A stretch of 64,000 nt of DNA from Welwitschia mirabilis (taxonomy: Eukaryota), in contig JBOZIK010000001.1 in assembly GCA_051453625.1 (NCBI GenBank), positions 26,442,144 to 26,506,143 of the forward strand, written 5' to 3'. The notes under the pieces were generated by a model. It was not told the origin of the DNA and did not search any database. It saw only the letters and a program-made list of their open reading frames with translations. A program made the position numbers and the translations under genes. The stretch's first letter is position 1. Each line of letters opens with the position of its first letter. Shown here one piece after another: positions 25,695-39,407 of this stretch.

Positions 25695-28600
25695 TATCAC
25701 ATCCATATTTCTATTTATTTTAAAAATTTGCAAAAGTTTAGTTTAATAAATTATTTTAAAAGATTTAATTATTTTGGAATCTTTAGATAATATAGATTTT
25801 ACGTTATTAATGTGTTGTTATATTAAAGACTGTGCTTTGAGTCCTTTTTATCTCTATAAAGACTAAAATATTACTTTATAATTTTGAAAAATATTCTNNN
25901 NNNNNNNNNNNNNNNNNNNNNNNNNNNNNNNNNNNNNNNNNNNNNNNNNNNNNNNNNNNNNNNNNNNNNATTATGTGAAGTATTATTTATTTTCTTTATT
26001 ATTATGATTAAATGTAATGGAATAGAAAGTATTTTTTTAATATTATTTAAGTGCCTAGTGGCCAACCAAGCCTCAATTAGGTGTTATAAAACCCCCGTTA
26101 TTACCATTAGTTCATGATATGTTCTTTCATGTTCTTGATTCTTTTTACTTTACCCACATTCTCTTATTATAAATAGGGTTCTCCTTCCCTCAAGTTAGGC
26201 ATATTTTTCAAAGAGACTTTGCTTTTGAATCTTGAAGCTTAGGAAGTCTAGAAGCTTNNNNNNNNNNNNNNNNNNNNNNNNNNNNNNNNNNNNNNNNNNN
26301 NNNNNNNNNNNNNNNNNNNNNNNNNNNNNNNNNNNNNNNNNNNNNNNNNNNNNNNNNTTATGATTAAATGTAATGGAATATAAAGTATTTTTTAATATTA
26401 TTTAAGTGCCTAGTGGCCAACCAAGCCTCAATTAGGTGTTATAAAACTCTCGTTATTACCATTGGTTCATGATATGTTCTTTTATGTTCTTGATTCTTTT
26501 TACTTTACCCACATTCTCTCATTATAAATAGGGTTCTCCTTCCCTCAAGTTAGGCATATTTTTCAAAAAGACTTTACTTTTGAATCTTGAAGCTTAGGAA
26601 GTCTAGAAGCTTTAAAACCTTGAAAGAACTTTAAAGTTCTTAAATACTATGATCAGATATGGGTATCGCTACATTCCTTTCTTGCTTTCTTATTGGTTCT
26701 TTTTGTATGCAATCCATGATTGTATTATTATATCTATTCTCTTATGAATCGAATAAAGATGTATGTGATGTTATTAATTAAGTAGATTTAATTCTATCTT
26801 CAAATCTTAACTGCTACTATTTTCTGTTACTCAACATCTTTAAAAATCTAAATACAAGTCATTCTTACTGTGAGTTGATGTTTCATTGTTATATCCCTTT
26901 CATACTTCTTTTTATGTCATGATTTCTTTACAACTTATGATTATGTATATTTCACAGACTACTGAGTAAAGCTGTGAAAGTGAGAATTTCATAGATAATC
27001 AAATGAGATAATACAGATCATTGAATAAGGTAGTGGGCTTCACAAATCACAAAATGAGGCAATGAAGTGAGTGAAATGTGACAAATANNNNNNNNNNNNN
27101 NNNNNNNNNNNNNNNNNNNNNNNNNNNNNNNNNNNNNNNNNNNNNNNNNNNNNNNNNNNNNNNNNNNNNNNNNNNNNNNNNNNNNNNTCATTGAATGAGG
27201 TAGTGAAGCGAGTGAAATGTGACAAATATTATATGAGAACCAAAGATTACTTAATGAGGTAATGGGCTTTACAGATCACCGAATGAGATAGTGAAGTAAG
27301 TGAAATGTGAAACATATCATATAAGATTCATAGATCACCAATTAAGGTAGTGTAAGGGATTAAAATATATGTAAGTTTACAACTAGTTAATCTCACTTCA
27401 TAACCTTAAGATCATTGCTCTTGTGATTTATCTTGTTTCTTAAAGAGCTTACTTTTATCCTTCCTATCATAATATTTAAAATTCTTATCTTGTCTTCTTT
27501 TTCCTAGACCATAGTAAAAGATATGAAATTTTCATAGTTCTGATTTCATATTCCTTGTGTAACAGGTAAAAAAAGCTAGAGTGTGACTACTAATGAGGGC
27601 ATAAAGAATGATCGATTTTTAATCAGGTCTTATTAAAAAATTATTATAGAATAAAACTTATTTCTTTTCATAAATTTTAGAATTATTTAGAGGTTGAATT
27701 ATTATGATTTAAAGACATTGTATACTTCTCTTGAATAATATTTTAATAGATAAGTAACAGTTGGCAGTTTAATTTCATTTTTATTATATGCATTCCTTGT
27801 AAGATTTATGGAATTCCTTAGTATTTTAGTACTTGAATGATGCATCATGAATATATTTCCTTGGAATATATTATTGCAATGAAATTTGAAATTTAACCAC
27901 TTATTCCTTTATGAGTTTCTTAAATAATATATTCAGAACTTAAATTCTTTACTAATATAATTACCTCAAAAATGATTTGAATGTCAAATTGCAGATATCT
28001 TTATTAAATTATTATTTAATAAGTATAAAGTTTGAAAATTTATTTTTATGCATCATTTGCAAATTTTCATGAAAATTTATAGTCTAATTATTAGTATTAA
28101 ATAATGGAGTTATGCCCTTAAATGTAGTTTAAATGTCTACTAACTAATAAGAAAGAGTGATGTGTTTTTGTCTTCCTGCTATAAATATTTAAACACTATT
28201 ATAAAATAAATATGTGAAGGATGTCAAAATTAATAGTCTAAGTGTGCTAAATTTAAATATAATTTTAAGTAATCTAGTACATGCACTGTGATTCAAACTA
28301 TCGACCTACTATATAACATTGACCATCCATTACTCTTACACTATTAAGAAAGAGCTAGTAATGGACCATTATTCCTAAAGGTTAAGCCTATATGCCATAA
28401 TCTTAACCATGAGTATTCAACAATTGACTCAGTGATTTATGAATGTGAATAAATCCATCCTTGAGATAATGTAATAGCACTCATAGTCGAGGGTGAAGGA
28501 TTTGACATGTGACTTAAGTTAAAAAAAATTTTGCTAGTTGGTATTAAGAACCAAATGTTATTAGAGGTTGATTTTTGTTCTCATGTGATGGGAGGCCATC

Positions 28601-30377
28601 ATTGTGTTTTCTAGGCATTGAATTCTCATGTCCTACCTTTTTTCTAAGCCCCTTGATCTCATGATCTAATTTGCAAGATTTAGCAATTTTAACAGATGTA
28701 TTTTTGTATAAGAATTTATGGTTAATAATGCTATCAGAAAGAAGAAATAATTCTTCCATAGGATCATTAAAAAACCCTTAACCTATGTAGAATAAGGTAT
28801 GAAACAGGCATATTTAGTAAACAAAATAGCTAATAATCATATGCAGTATTGAATAGTCAACCCTTCACTTCTTTCTTACTACCTTTGCTATTACCCTTTT
28901 CTCCATGTACTCTTTAAAAAGATAATGCTAATAATAATTCTTAAAGTATCTAGATGTTTTAGATAGTGTTATAATAGGAATAATTAAAAAAAGGAGAACC
29001 TTATGTAATGCATAGTTTTAACCATCGACCATTCCTCATTCTTCGTGCTCCTTACATTCCTTACTATTACACTATTGAGTAGTAGTTAAAAATAGACTAT
29101 TATGTAGACATTTTGTAATGAGTACCTTCGTTTATTATGCTAGCCTCAACTCTCTATTACTATTCATTACGTCATGTCATAGATGTTTTTTGGAAGAACC
29201 CAATGCTATACTAGACTCATGGAGGATGAGTGATATGATAATAGAAGGATGTCAAGAAGAATCATCAAATTAGTAGTAGGGCATAGCATCACTAACCTAT
29301 AATCCTTCCTCAATAACTCCTTTAAAGTATTCAAGTAAGTTCTATTCCATGAATTTATTTTATTCTGGAAGTTAAAATAATAATAAGAATCATGTTAACT
29401 ACATTTTCAATATCTAAATTTGCCTTGCTTAGCTTAATTGATAAGGGATAGGACAAAAATTTAAATAGTATTTTCTCTTCTTACTTAGCACTTCAAGCTC
29501 CTGTATGCATTTCGCTCTCATGCATTTACCATTCTTGCAATTCTTGATTACCAATTTTTGATGTTGAGTTTTTCCTATAGTGAAATCTTCTATTCTCCTC
29601 CTATTCATCCTTATCGTGGTCAAGGGAAACATGAGAGTCATACATGTACATGGACTAGTGAATAAAAAGAACTAAAAATAAATAATAAACAAACTCATAC
29701 TAATATTTAAATCAATTAAAATCTATCATTAGTATTTTTTTAATTGATTCACTTACCTATTCCTACGTCTTAATTAGTAACCCTTTCATTTTAGCTAATC
29801 TTGCATTGATGTAGTGGTTAAGTTATAGAAACATTATAGGTTCAATATCCAGAAAAAAATGAAAATATTTTTTTATATTATAGGATTAAATAATTTTATA
29901 TTTGTATCTAGTCCTTAGCCATCAACTCATTCAACATTATGCTGTGGCTAAGTTATGTATGAATGCCTTGCTAGTTTGAAAGATATTCCTTAGGTCCATA
30001 TTTATTTAGGTGATACATGTACTCTATTATAAAATAGTATAAAATGATTAATTTTAATTAATTAAATTCTTAGCTATAAATTTCTCTCAATAAATTTTGG
30101 AAACTAATTGAGAATTGTACTCTTAGGAAGATTTTATGAGCTAGTCTTTAAATTTAATACCCTTATTAAAGAAAAACTTTTATTCATCCTAGTTAAATAT
30201 TCCTTAGTTATTATTAGAAAAATTTTTTCCTAGTAAAATTCCCTTCAAATAGATATTTCTTAGTCATATTTTTTTAATATTTAAATATTTGAGTCTTACA
30301 TCTTTATCAGATTTCAATTAGAAAAAAAAGCCTAGCTTCATCTCTAAATTCGGTTATTTATTCTTTTGGATTTTACA
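25695..30377 (+). repeat. Chromovirus 3' LTR (about 4.7 kb including gaps and gap-flank duplication)
   Basis: Starts after the PPT. The last 1 kb matches the 5' LTR remnant. The first 3.6 kb has no partner in the window, so a nested insertion cannot be excluded. Confidence 0.65.
26950..27355 (+). repeat. Degenerate tandem repeat inside chromovirus LTR
   Basis: Recurring units like ACAGATCACTGAATGAGGTAGTG and AAGTGAGTGAAATGTGACAAATA, with a gap in the middle. Confidence 0.7.
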
Positions 30378-31442
30378 TTACTTCTCTTTACTTGGGGCAT
30401 TATCATTGTATATCTTATAGCCCTTTTCTCTTTCCTTGCATTCTTTCCATTTTTAACTCTTTTACCATGATTATTTTAATGATGATTCTTAGATTTTGTC
30501 CATCTTTCAGGTTTCATGATGACTTTCTAATATCTTACTATTGTTATCATTAATTATCTAACTCTACTTGGACTTAACTATTTTGCCCAATTCTTCTTTT
30601 TTGATTGTTGTGCTATGTCTATTGTTCATGCGATGATGTGCATGATAAAAGATCCTTCTTTTATTATTGCAATATAAGATGTATTGATTCATCTGTAAGG
30701 GGGATAAGACATATTTCTGAGATATTTTTAAGAGATTAAGTAAAACTTTTAATCATGAGGGCTACTTTAAGTTTTTACAATACATATAGATGATTTTCTA
30801 GTTTATTTATGATTTTATATTATTTGTGTAATATTCATTATGGTATTATTTAGTGGGCCATAACAGAATAGTCACAAGATCTTCTTGTAGGTATAATCCA
30901 AAAGATTTATGAGATCATGGACAAAGGAAGTAATATTATGATTATTTTTTATGTATTTTATCCTTATAGATTGTACTTAAAACTTATTATTTAGTTTATG
31001 CACATCATTTTTGAATTATCAATGTTTTTTATTATACAAATATATCATCATTTTCTAACTTATCATGGTTATATCTTATGATGATTTTTGTCTTTAACAT
31101 TCAATTTTTATTTTGTAATGTATTAAAAGTTTTAAATGATAAGTTAATGAAGATTTTAGTAATCAAATATTTTTAATAATCATGTTCATAGGGACTTAAC
31201 GTTCATTTTGATTTTTTTGAACTTGTTATCTCTCATCTAGATGACACATAGAACAACCATCCTATTACACATCCTACTAAGGTACTATATCTGTCAGTTA
31301 GTTTTTATTTTTGATCCTACATAATAAATTTTTAAACTTAATTTATATTTTTCTAGTTATTATCTATCTTACTAAATTTGGCTCGCAATTTATAGTTAAT
31401 CACTTACGTTATTAAGGACTAACAAGGCTAAGTGGATGGCTA

Positions 31443-32697
31443 TGTTGTAATGTCAAATTGCATATATTTGATGGAGGTAATGTTTAGTACATTTGTAGGA
31501 CATTTAGATAGGTTTATATGGAATTATGATGATTATGAATATTTAATGGGATGATTACAAAAACTTATAATTTTAGATATATTTGGAGGTATTTCAAGTA
31601 GATTCTAATTCTTAGCATTTTAAAGAGAAGACTAATGATTTATAAGGTTGATTTATCTTAGCTAGAAAACTCAGGAAGTCTGACATTTCCTCTGTTATTA
31701 CAATAATAGATCATATGATAATGATGACATGTACTAAGGCTGTAGGACTAGAAGTAGGGCTAGAAGCTAAGAAAATTAATTTTATATTACAAGGTATAAT
31801 TCCCTAAGTCATCTAAATAACAATCATGATGATAGCTATTTGCCATGAATAAAACTCCTTATCTTTGTAATGGGATCATGCATCTCATGTGGGCTGCTAA
31901 GGTTTTATCTCCAACTTCTAGGTTTTTTTCCCCTTAGAACCTTTAATGTAAGATTATAAATACTTCCTTTCCCTCACTTATGAATTCATATTTTACTTCA
32001 AAAAGTCTTATGATGAGAGATAAAAAAGTAAGACATTCATCCTTTGCTACAAAGAGAAGTATTCCTTAGTTTTAGACTATGTATCCTACATTGAGGTGCT
32101 ACTACTTTATAAGTGGATTTTGATTCAATATTAATAAAATATTACTTTACTTCTATTATGTGCATATCCCTTATAGTTTATGTTGATTACAATTTTATGA
32201 TAGATTCTTAATTGATTTAGATCATAAGGGCAATCTTTATTAAGGTTTGCACTATTAGTTTAGATCTTTCATTTTATTTCATTTCCATGGATAAATTTAT
32301 ATATATATTCTATTTGATGTATCTTAAAGCTTATATTTATTAGATTAAATAATAGTTCTTCCTAATTGATCTAAGTTATACGAACTAATCTTGATGATAG
32401 AAAGATTGCTAATTAAATAGATTCTTACTTAGAGTTATTTTATTTGCATTTCATTTATAAGCATTGCATTTGCATTCATCTTGCATTAAAGTTTTGTATT
32501 ATTCTTAATTTCATTTATGTAAATAAAAAATTACTAAAAAACTTTGTTAAAATCAATTTTCTAACTTTTAACCGGGTGCCTTCAATAAATTATGACAATT
32601 GGGTTAACTCTTATCCATACTAATATGTGTTTTATGCAATTATTTTTGATCTATAGGATTTTCTTAGGAATTAAGGATTACATAAATTTACATAACA
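31443..32697 (+). repeat. Family A LTR (internal to tandem array)
   Basis: GGCTAAGTGGATGG, then TGTTGTAATGTC...CATAACA, then PBS-like TTTGGATATCATTATCAAGAAAG. Confidence 0.8.
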
Positions 32698-33279
32698 TTT
32701 GGATATCATTATCAAGAAAGAACACAAGAATATAGAGTATTGTCACTATCTAGATAAGTATGTTGGATTTTTATTTAAGTTATTTATTTGAATAGTATTG
32801 TATTTCTCCTCTAGACTTCATAAGTTTATTTTTTGCAATTTTTGTTTCTTAGCATTAATAAGCCCTATCATCTATTTATTATTTAGACAACATAACAAAT
32901 AATGGTCAATAATTAGTTTTTTTATTTTTTACAAATAAATGATTTTTTTTATTTTTTTACAAACAAATGATTTTTTTATTTTTTGATAGTGTAATAAATT
33001 TAACATCATCCTCTTTATTATCTAAATGATGAAGTAGATGACTGTTAATATTTTTTATATTTTTATTTTTTCAAAATTCATTTTTTCCTACTTTTGTAAA
33101 ATATCTATTAGTCATCTTTTATATCATTTAAATGACTAACAAGACAATGTCCATTATGCATTTTTTTATTAAGGATCCAAATAATTCAAGTGAAAAAAAA
33201 ATCATAAGGAGTAGAACTTGATATTTATCTTATACTTATCTTCCTTATTATCTTAATTAATTATTCTTAATTTTATCTC

Positions 33280-34960
33280 TCTCTTCTTTTTCGTTAAATA
33301 TTGATAAAAGGACCCTTTAAGAAATTCTTTTTAAAAGAAGGAGAAACTTGAGAATTTCTAAGGAAAATGATAAAAAACCATTTCCATAAATTTTTGCAAA
33401 AAGAGGATGGATAATATCAAATGATGTTAAGACTAGGAATTGAACCCCTTCCTCTTTTCAAACTTCTTATTTTTCTCTTTTTTTTTTTAAGAATGAAGTA
33501 GAAATTTCAATGAATATTTTCAATATTTTAGGGATTCCACTTCATTTAGAAAAGCATATCATAATCACTTGAGCAAACCATAATCATCTCCCCTAAATTA
33601 CTATGAAGATTATCATCTCCCATGTATTATTATGAAAAAAAAAATAACTCAATGAAATAAATTATAGAAGAAATAAAGAAAATACAAGAAAGAAAATTAA
33701 AATAAGAAACTACAAAATTTGATTGGAATCCTTCAACAGAAAATGTTATAAAATCAAAGTTCTTTTAAAACATAACATTTTCAAACCTATCTTACTTTAT
33801 ACCACCTTGAGAATAATGAGAAGAACTTAGAAAAAAGTGGTAACAATTCTTACTTTAAAATAGAAAATGAGATTTTGGATCAAACTTAAACATCCCACTT
33901 GTTAAGAGATGGCCAAATGAAATACAATGATGACTTAACTCAATTTCTCAACAATAAGGATGAAGATCATTATTCATCAGATGATGATATTAAGACACTA
34001 GATTATATCCCTAAAATCCATTTATTACTATAAAATTAAGAGGAAATAAAGGAATCAATTCGTGAAGAACATAAAAATTTTTTAATTTATGATAAATATG
34101 AGTACATTCTCTTTATGATCTCTTTGATGAATCCAGTAATTTAAATAATGAGAACAATACCTAAGAAAATGAATATATAGTTAAAGATAATGATAAAGAA
34201 AATGAAGAAATAATTTAACAAAGTAATGATAAAGATAACAATATAAAAAAGGAACATAATGAAAGATACATAGATATTTAGTCAAACTTAATAGAGGTTA
34301 GACTTGATCATTCCAATATAACAAATCAATACAAAGATTCTATCCATGTTTTTCTATTCCTTTTACTTGCACATTCATGTAAAAACTTCAAATAATATAT
34401 TTCCTTTTACTTCTACCTCTACATTATCTGGTGATCTTGTTATTGATAACCTTTCTCCATCTATTCCATTTAAATATTCATGTAATTCTCAAAGCCACAT
34501 CCCTTTCCTTAACTTTAATGAAACCCATTAAAGAGTCTATTTCTAATATTTATCAATCTCTTCCTTTTAAAACTCCATGTAACACTTAAAGTAACATCCT
34601 TCCCTCTTCTACTAAGTTCGCTCTACCTTGTGCCTTAAATGATTACTCTTTTTAAAAGTATGACTTAGGATATCTTGAAATTTTAAATTAGGATAAACAT
34701 TATCTTTTTTATAATAATTCATCCTTGCAATTGTTTCTTAAGGAGCTTATTAATCGTATTAAACTTACTAAAAAGCCTTTAAAAACTCTCTGGATTCATT
34801 TTTTGAATAGTTCCTTGAATGAATTATGTAATGATACTCATGCTTTATGATTATTTAATGAGAGATTATTCATCAATGAAATTTATCACTTCTTCATCTC
34901 TTATTTAAACTCTGAAATTTGTGCTATTAAGGTTTTATTCTTATTCTCTCTCTTCGTCTA
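33280..34960 (+). pseudogene. Degenerate ORF of unknown function, homologous to 10730-14830
   Basis: DLGYLEILN*DKHYLFYNNSSLQLFLKEL (from 34662) versus NFGCLGIINWEKPYLFYSNPCLKLKVKEL (about 14226). Confidence 0.45.
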
Positions 34961-37913
34961 GTTAATTTCACTTCAAAACTATTATATACTTTTTTGTTTA
35001 ATTAATTAGTTTTTATTTGGTTTGTCCCTTATTTTTTTTCGAAAAATTACATTACCTAAGTGCAGCTTTTACACAATAAGCTAACCTCTAAATGGATAGG
35101 TCCTTATCTTTTAGAAAAATTTCATTCTAATGGCTTAGTTAAGATTTTCAATTTAAATACTAAGAAAATTCAAAAAATCTAATGAACAAAGGTTTAAAAT
35201 ATATGAATCACTTTTCTATTAAATCTTGAACACAATAGAAGCATTTATTTTAGAAGTTTTCTTATCATTATCTAAATTCTTCCTTAGCTAATTCCTTTGA
35301 TGGATGTTAAGTTATTACTTGAACATATTTAAGTTGACTAATGTATTACTTTATAAAGTTACTATGATTAGTAATCTTATAGTTGAGCATTTCAAAGTGA
35401 TAAGATTAGATTCACTTATCTTGAGACATTCATATATCTATGAACTTCATTTTAAAGGAAGATGTCTTGGTTCTTTTGTTTGCTTTCAATGGCGTGAATG
35501 NNNNNNNNNNNNNNNNNNTTCTCACTTGTTTCCCATCTCATTACTTCATCCTTGTTCTTAAGAGTAGTTAGTCATGTATGATTTGCTTTAAAAAAATAAA
35601 TAAATAATCATGATGTTTTATGTCTTAGCTAAAAACATGATCACCATGATGTCCTATCATACTAGGGTAAATTTTCCTAAGAGGGGCCTTCAGCAGTGCT
35701 GGCAGTTGTGGAAACTCTACTAGGTGGTCAGTTAGTTAGCTTCGAGTGTTCTCACTCCTTTGATAGTGGTTACACTACCCTCATCATAGAAATAATTACC
35801 ACTTTAAGGCTATGAGATTAATAATATCCCTAGTATTATTAGAGGTATTACATGTCTNNNNNNNNNNNNNNNNNNNNNNNNNNNNNNNNNNNNNNNNNNN
35901 NNNNNNNNNNNNNNNNNNNNNNNNNNNNNNNNNNNNNNNNNNNNNNNNNNNNNNNNNTACTTAGTCATGTATGATTCACTTTAAAAAAACAAATAAATAA
36001 TCATGATGTTTTATGTCTTAGCTAAAAACATGGTCACCATGATGTCCTATCATACTAGGGTAAATTTTCCTAAGAGGGGCCTTCGGCAGTGCTGGCAGTT
36101 GTGGAAACTCTACTAGGTGGTCAGTTAGTTAGCTTCGGGTGTTCTCACTCCTTTGATAGTGGTTACACTACCCTCATCATAGAAATAATTACCACTTTAA
36201 GACTATGAGATTAATAATATCCCTAGTATTATTAGAGGTATTACATGTCTCTTAGACTTATTGTGCATATAGTACTCTCATATGATCATTTTACTTTTTA
36301 GGATTCTGGTCTAATTTTAGGGTGTAAGTAGTTGTGTTCATTTCTAAGGAGCTTTTGATCTTATCATTTATTAATTGTAAACATTAGATCTTCTTGATAT
36401 TATCATAATCATTACCTATTTGAGTGGTACTTTATAGAGGTTTTTACATCATGTCATATATCATTAATTAGGTGATCTTATGATTCTTATAAAAAAACTT
36501 TACTAAGTTGGAATTTAGGGTAGGTAAGAAATCTTTTTCATGTTTCTAGTTGTTCATTTTTCTTTTTTTTTGGTCTTTTTATTTAGTTGATTTGCTTCTT
36601 ATTTCAAGATGATTCTTATACTATTGTAGCACAATATTTAGGACTTGATTATTCAGTAGTTTTCTTATTGTCTTTTTGTTTTCACTAACAGTTTTTATCC
36701 ATAGGTGTTGTCCTTCTTTAACACTTTTAATAAATGTCATTCCTTTCATTCATGATGATACTTTTTCCATTTCTTTTTTATTTTTGACACATATTCTTGC
36801 TAGTTTTGTATGCTTAATAAATTCAAGCACATTTAAGAATTTTCCTTAGCATTTCTTCTCTCTACTTGGTATCATTGCCTATCCTATAGCCCTTTTATCT
36901 TGTCTTGAGTTCTTCCACTTTTACTCTTTTATCATGATCGTTTTGATAATAATTCTTAGCTTTTATTCATCTTTTAAATTTCATGATAACTTTCTGAGGC
37001 CTCATTAATACTATCATTAATGAACCAATTCTACCTAGACTTCACTATTTTGTCTAATTCTTCCTTTTTTATTATCATTCTATGTCTATCATCTAGATAA
37101 TAATGTAGACGACAAAAAGATCCTTCTTTTGTAATTAAAATATGATATGTGTTGATTCATTTATAGGATGGCAGAACATATTTCTAAGATATCTTCAAGA
37201 TATTAAGCAAAACTTTTAATTTTGAGGGCCATTTTAATATTTTACAATTCATATATATGTTGTGATAATACATTATGATTTTATATTATTTGTCTGATAT
37301 GCATTATGGTATTATTTAGTAAGCCATATAGAATAGTTACAAGATTTTTTCATAAGTGCAATCCAAACGATTCATGAGATCATGGATAAGGGAAGTAATA
37401 TTATAATTATTTTTCATGTATTTTACCCTTATAGATTATATTTAAAACTTACTGCCTAGTCTATACACATCATTTTTGAATTATAACTATCTCTGATTAT
37501 ACATACACATCATCATTTTTTGATTTGTTATGGTTATTTCTTATGATAATTTTTGCGTATAACATTTAATTTTTATCTTATAATGTATTAAACATTTTAA
37601 ATTAAGAGCTAATAAAGATTTTAGTACTCATATTGTTTTGATGATCATGTTCATAGACACTTGACTTTTATTTTGTTTTTTTAAATCTATCATCCCCTAT
37701 CTTATCTATATGACACATAGGATAAGCATCCTATTACACATCCTACAGAGGTACCATATTAGTTAATTAGTTTTTATATTTAATTCTACATGATACATAT
37801 TTCTAAAATTAATTTATGTTTCTCTAGTAATTATTTATCTCAGTTAATTTAGCTTATAAGTTATAATTAATCACTTACTTTATCAAGAATTAATAAGGCT
37901 AAGTGGATGGATA

Positions 37914-39407
37914 TATTATAATGTAAAATTGTATGTATTTGATGGGATATTTTTAGTACTTTAGTAGTAAATTTAGATAGGTTTATATAGAATTCTAGTG
38001 ATGTAAAGAGCTAATGCGATGATTATAAAAACGTGTAATTTTGGACATATTTGAAAGACTTTTAGGTAGATTCTGATACTTAGCATTNNNNNNNNNNNNN
38101 NNNNNNNNNNNNNNNNNNNNNNNNNNNNNNNNNNNNNNNNNNNNNNNNNNNNNNNNNNNNNNNNNNNNNNNNNNNNNNNNNNNNNNNACTACTTTAGTAG
38201 TAAATTTAGATAGGTTCATATAGAATTCTGATGATGTAAAGAGCTGATGAGATGATTACAAAAACATGTAATTTTGGACATATTTGAAAGACTTTTAGGT
38301 AGATTCTGATACTTAGCATTTTAAAGAGAAGACCAATGATTTAGGAGGTTAATTTATCTTACCTAAAGAACTTAGGAATTCTATCATCCCTTCTATTGTC
38401 CTTATTATGATTAAGACAATAATGATGACNNNNNNNNNNNCTATAAGGCTGAAAGTAGGGCTAAAAGCTAAAGACATTACTCTCTTATTACAAGATATTA
38501 TCCCCTAAGTCATCTGAATGACAGTCAGGATGATAGCTATTTTACATGAACAAAACTACTTATCTTTATAATGGGTCATGTGCCTCATGTGGGCTACTAG
38601 GATTTCGTCTCTAACTTCTATGGTTTTGTTTCTATAATATTCAATGTAAAACTATAAATAATCCCTTGTCCTCACTTCCAAATTCATGTTTTTCATTAGA
38701 AAGTCTTATGATAGGATATTAAAAGCTAAGAGGTCCACTCTATGCTATATAGAGAAGTGTTGCTTGGTGTTGGGATATGTATCTTTCATTGATGTGCCAC
38801 TTCTTTGTAAGTAGATCTTGATTTCACATTATTAAAAGATTGTTTTACTTCTATTATGTTCATCTCCCTTATAATTTATATTGGTTATGATTCTATGACA
38901 GATTCATAGTTGATCTAGATCATAAGGGTAATTTTTATTAAGGTTCACACTATTATTTTCGATCTTGCATTTCATTTTATATTGCATTTTCATAGTTTCA
39001 TTTATTTATATTTTATTTTATGTGTTTTATAGCTTATATTGATTAGGATTAAGTGATAGTTCTTCCTAATTAATCTAAGTTATAAGAGTTGATCTTAGTA
39101 ATAGAAATATTGGTAGTCAAATAGATTCATTACTTAGAGTTATTTCATTTGCATTCTATCTATAAGCATTACATTTATATTCATCTTACAGTGTATTTTT
39201 TCATTATTCTTAATTTTATTAATCTCAAGAAAATAGACTAAAAATACACTATCAAAATCAATCTTTTTGACTTCTAGCTTAGTGTGTTTAATGGATTATG
39301 ACATTTGGGTTAACTCTGATCTATCTGAGTGTGTCTTTTATGTATAAATTTATAATCTATAGGGTTTTCTTAAGGACTTAAAGATTGCATAAATTTATAT
39401 AGCAACA
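37914..39407 (+). repeat. Family A LTR (second LTR of tandem array)
   Basis: Direct repeat of 31443-32697. PPT upstream, ends AGCAACA, and includes a gap-flank duplication. Confidence 0.8.

Larger units (their letters stand above)
20252..30377 (+). mobile_element. Ty3/gypsy chromovirus (Tekay/Del-type) LTR retrotransposon, decayed; 5' LTR interrupted
   Basis: LTR remnant, PBS, gag-PR-RT-RH-INT-chromodomain order, PPT and long 3' LTR. 20252-21271 is collinear with about 29335-30377 and both end TTTTACA. Confidence 0.9.

Noticed and set aside
26950..27355. Repeat-spacer-like pattern that might suggest a CRISPR array
   Set aside because: The units are degenerate with no unique spacers, there are no cas genes, and the context is a plant LTR.
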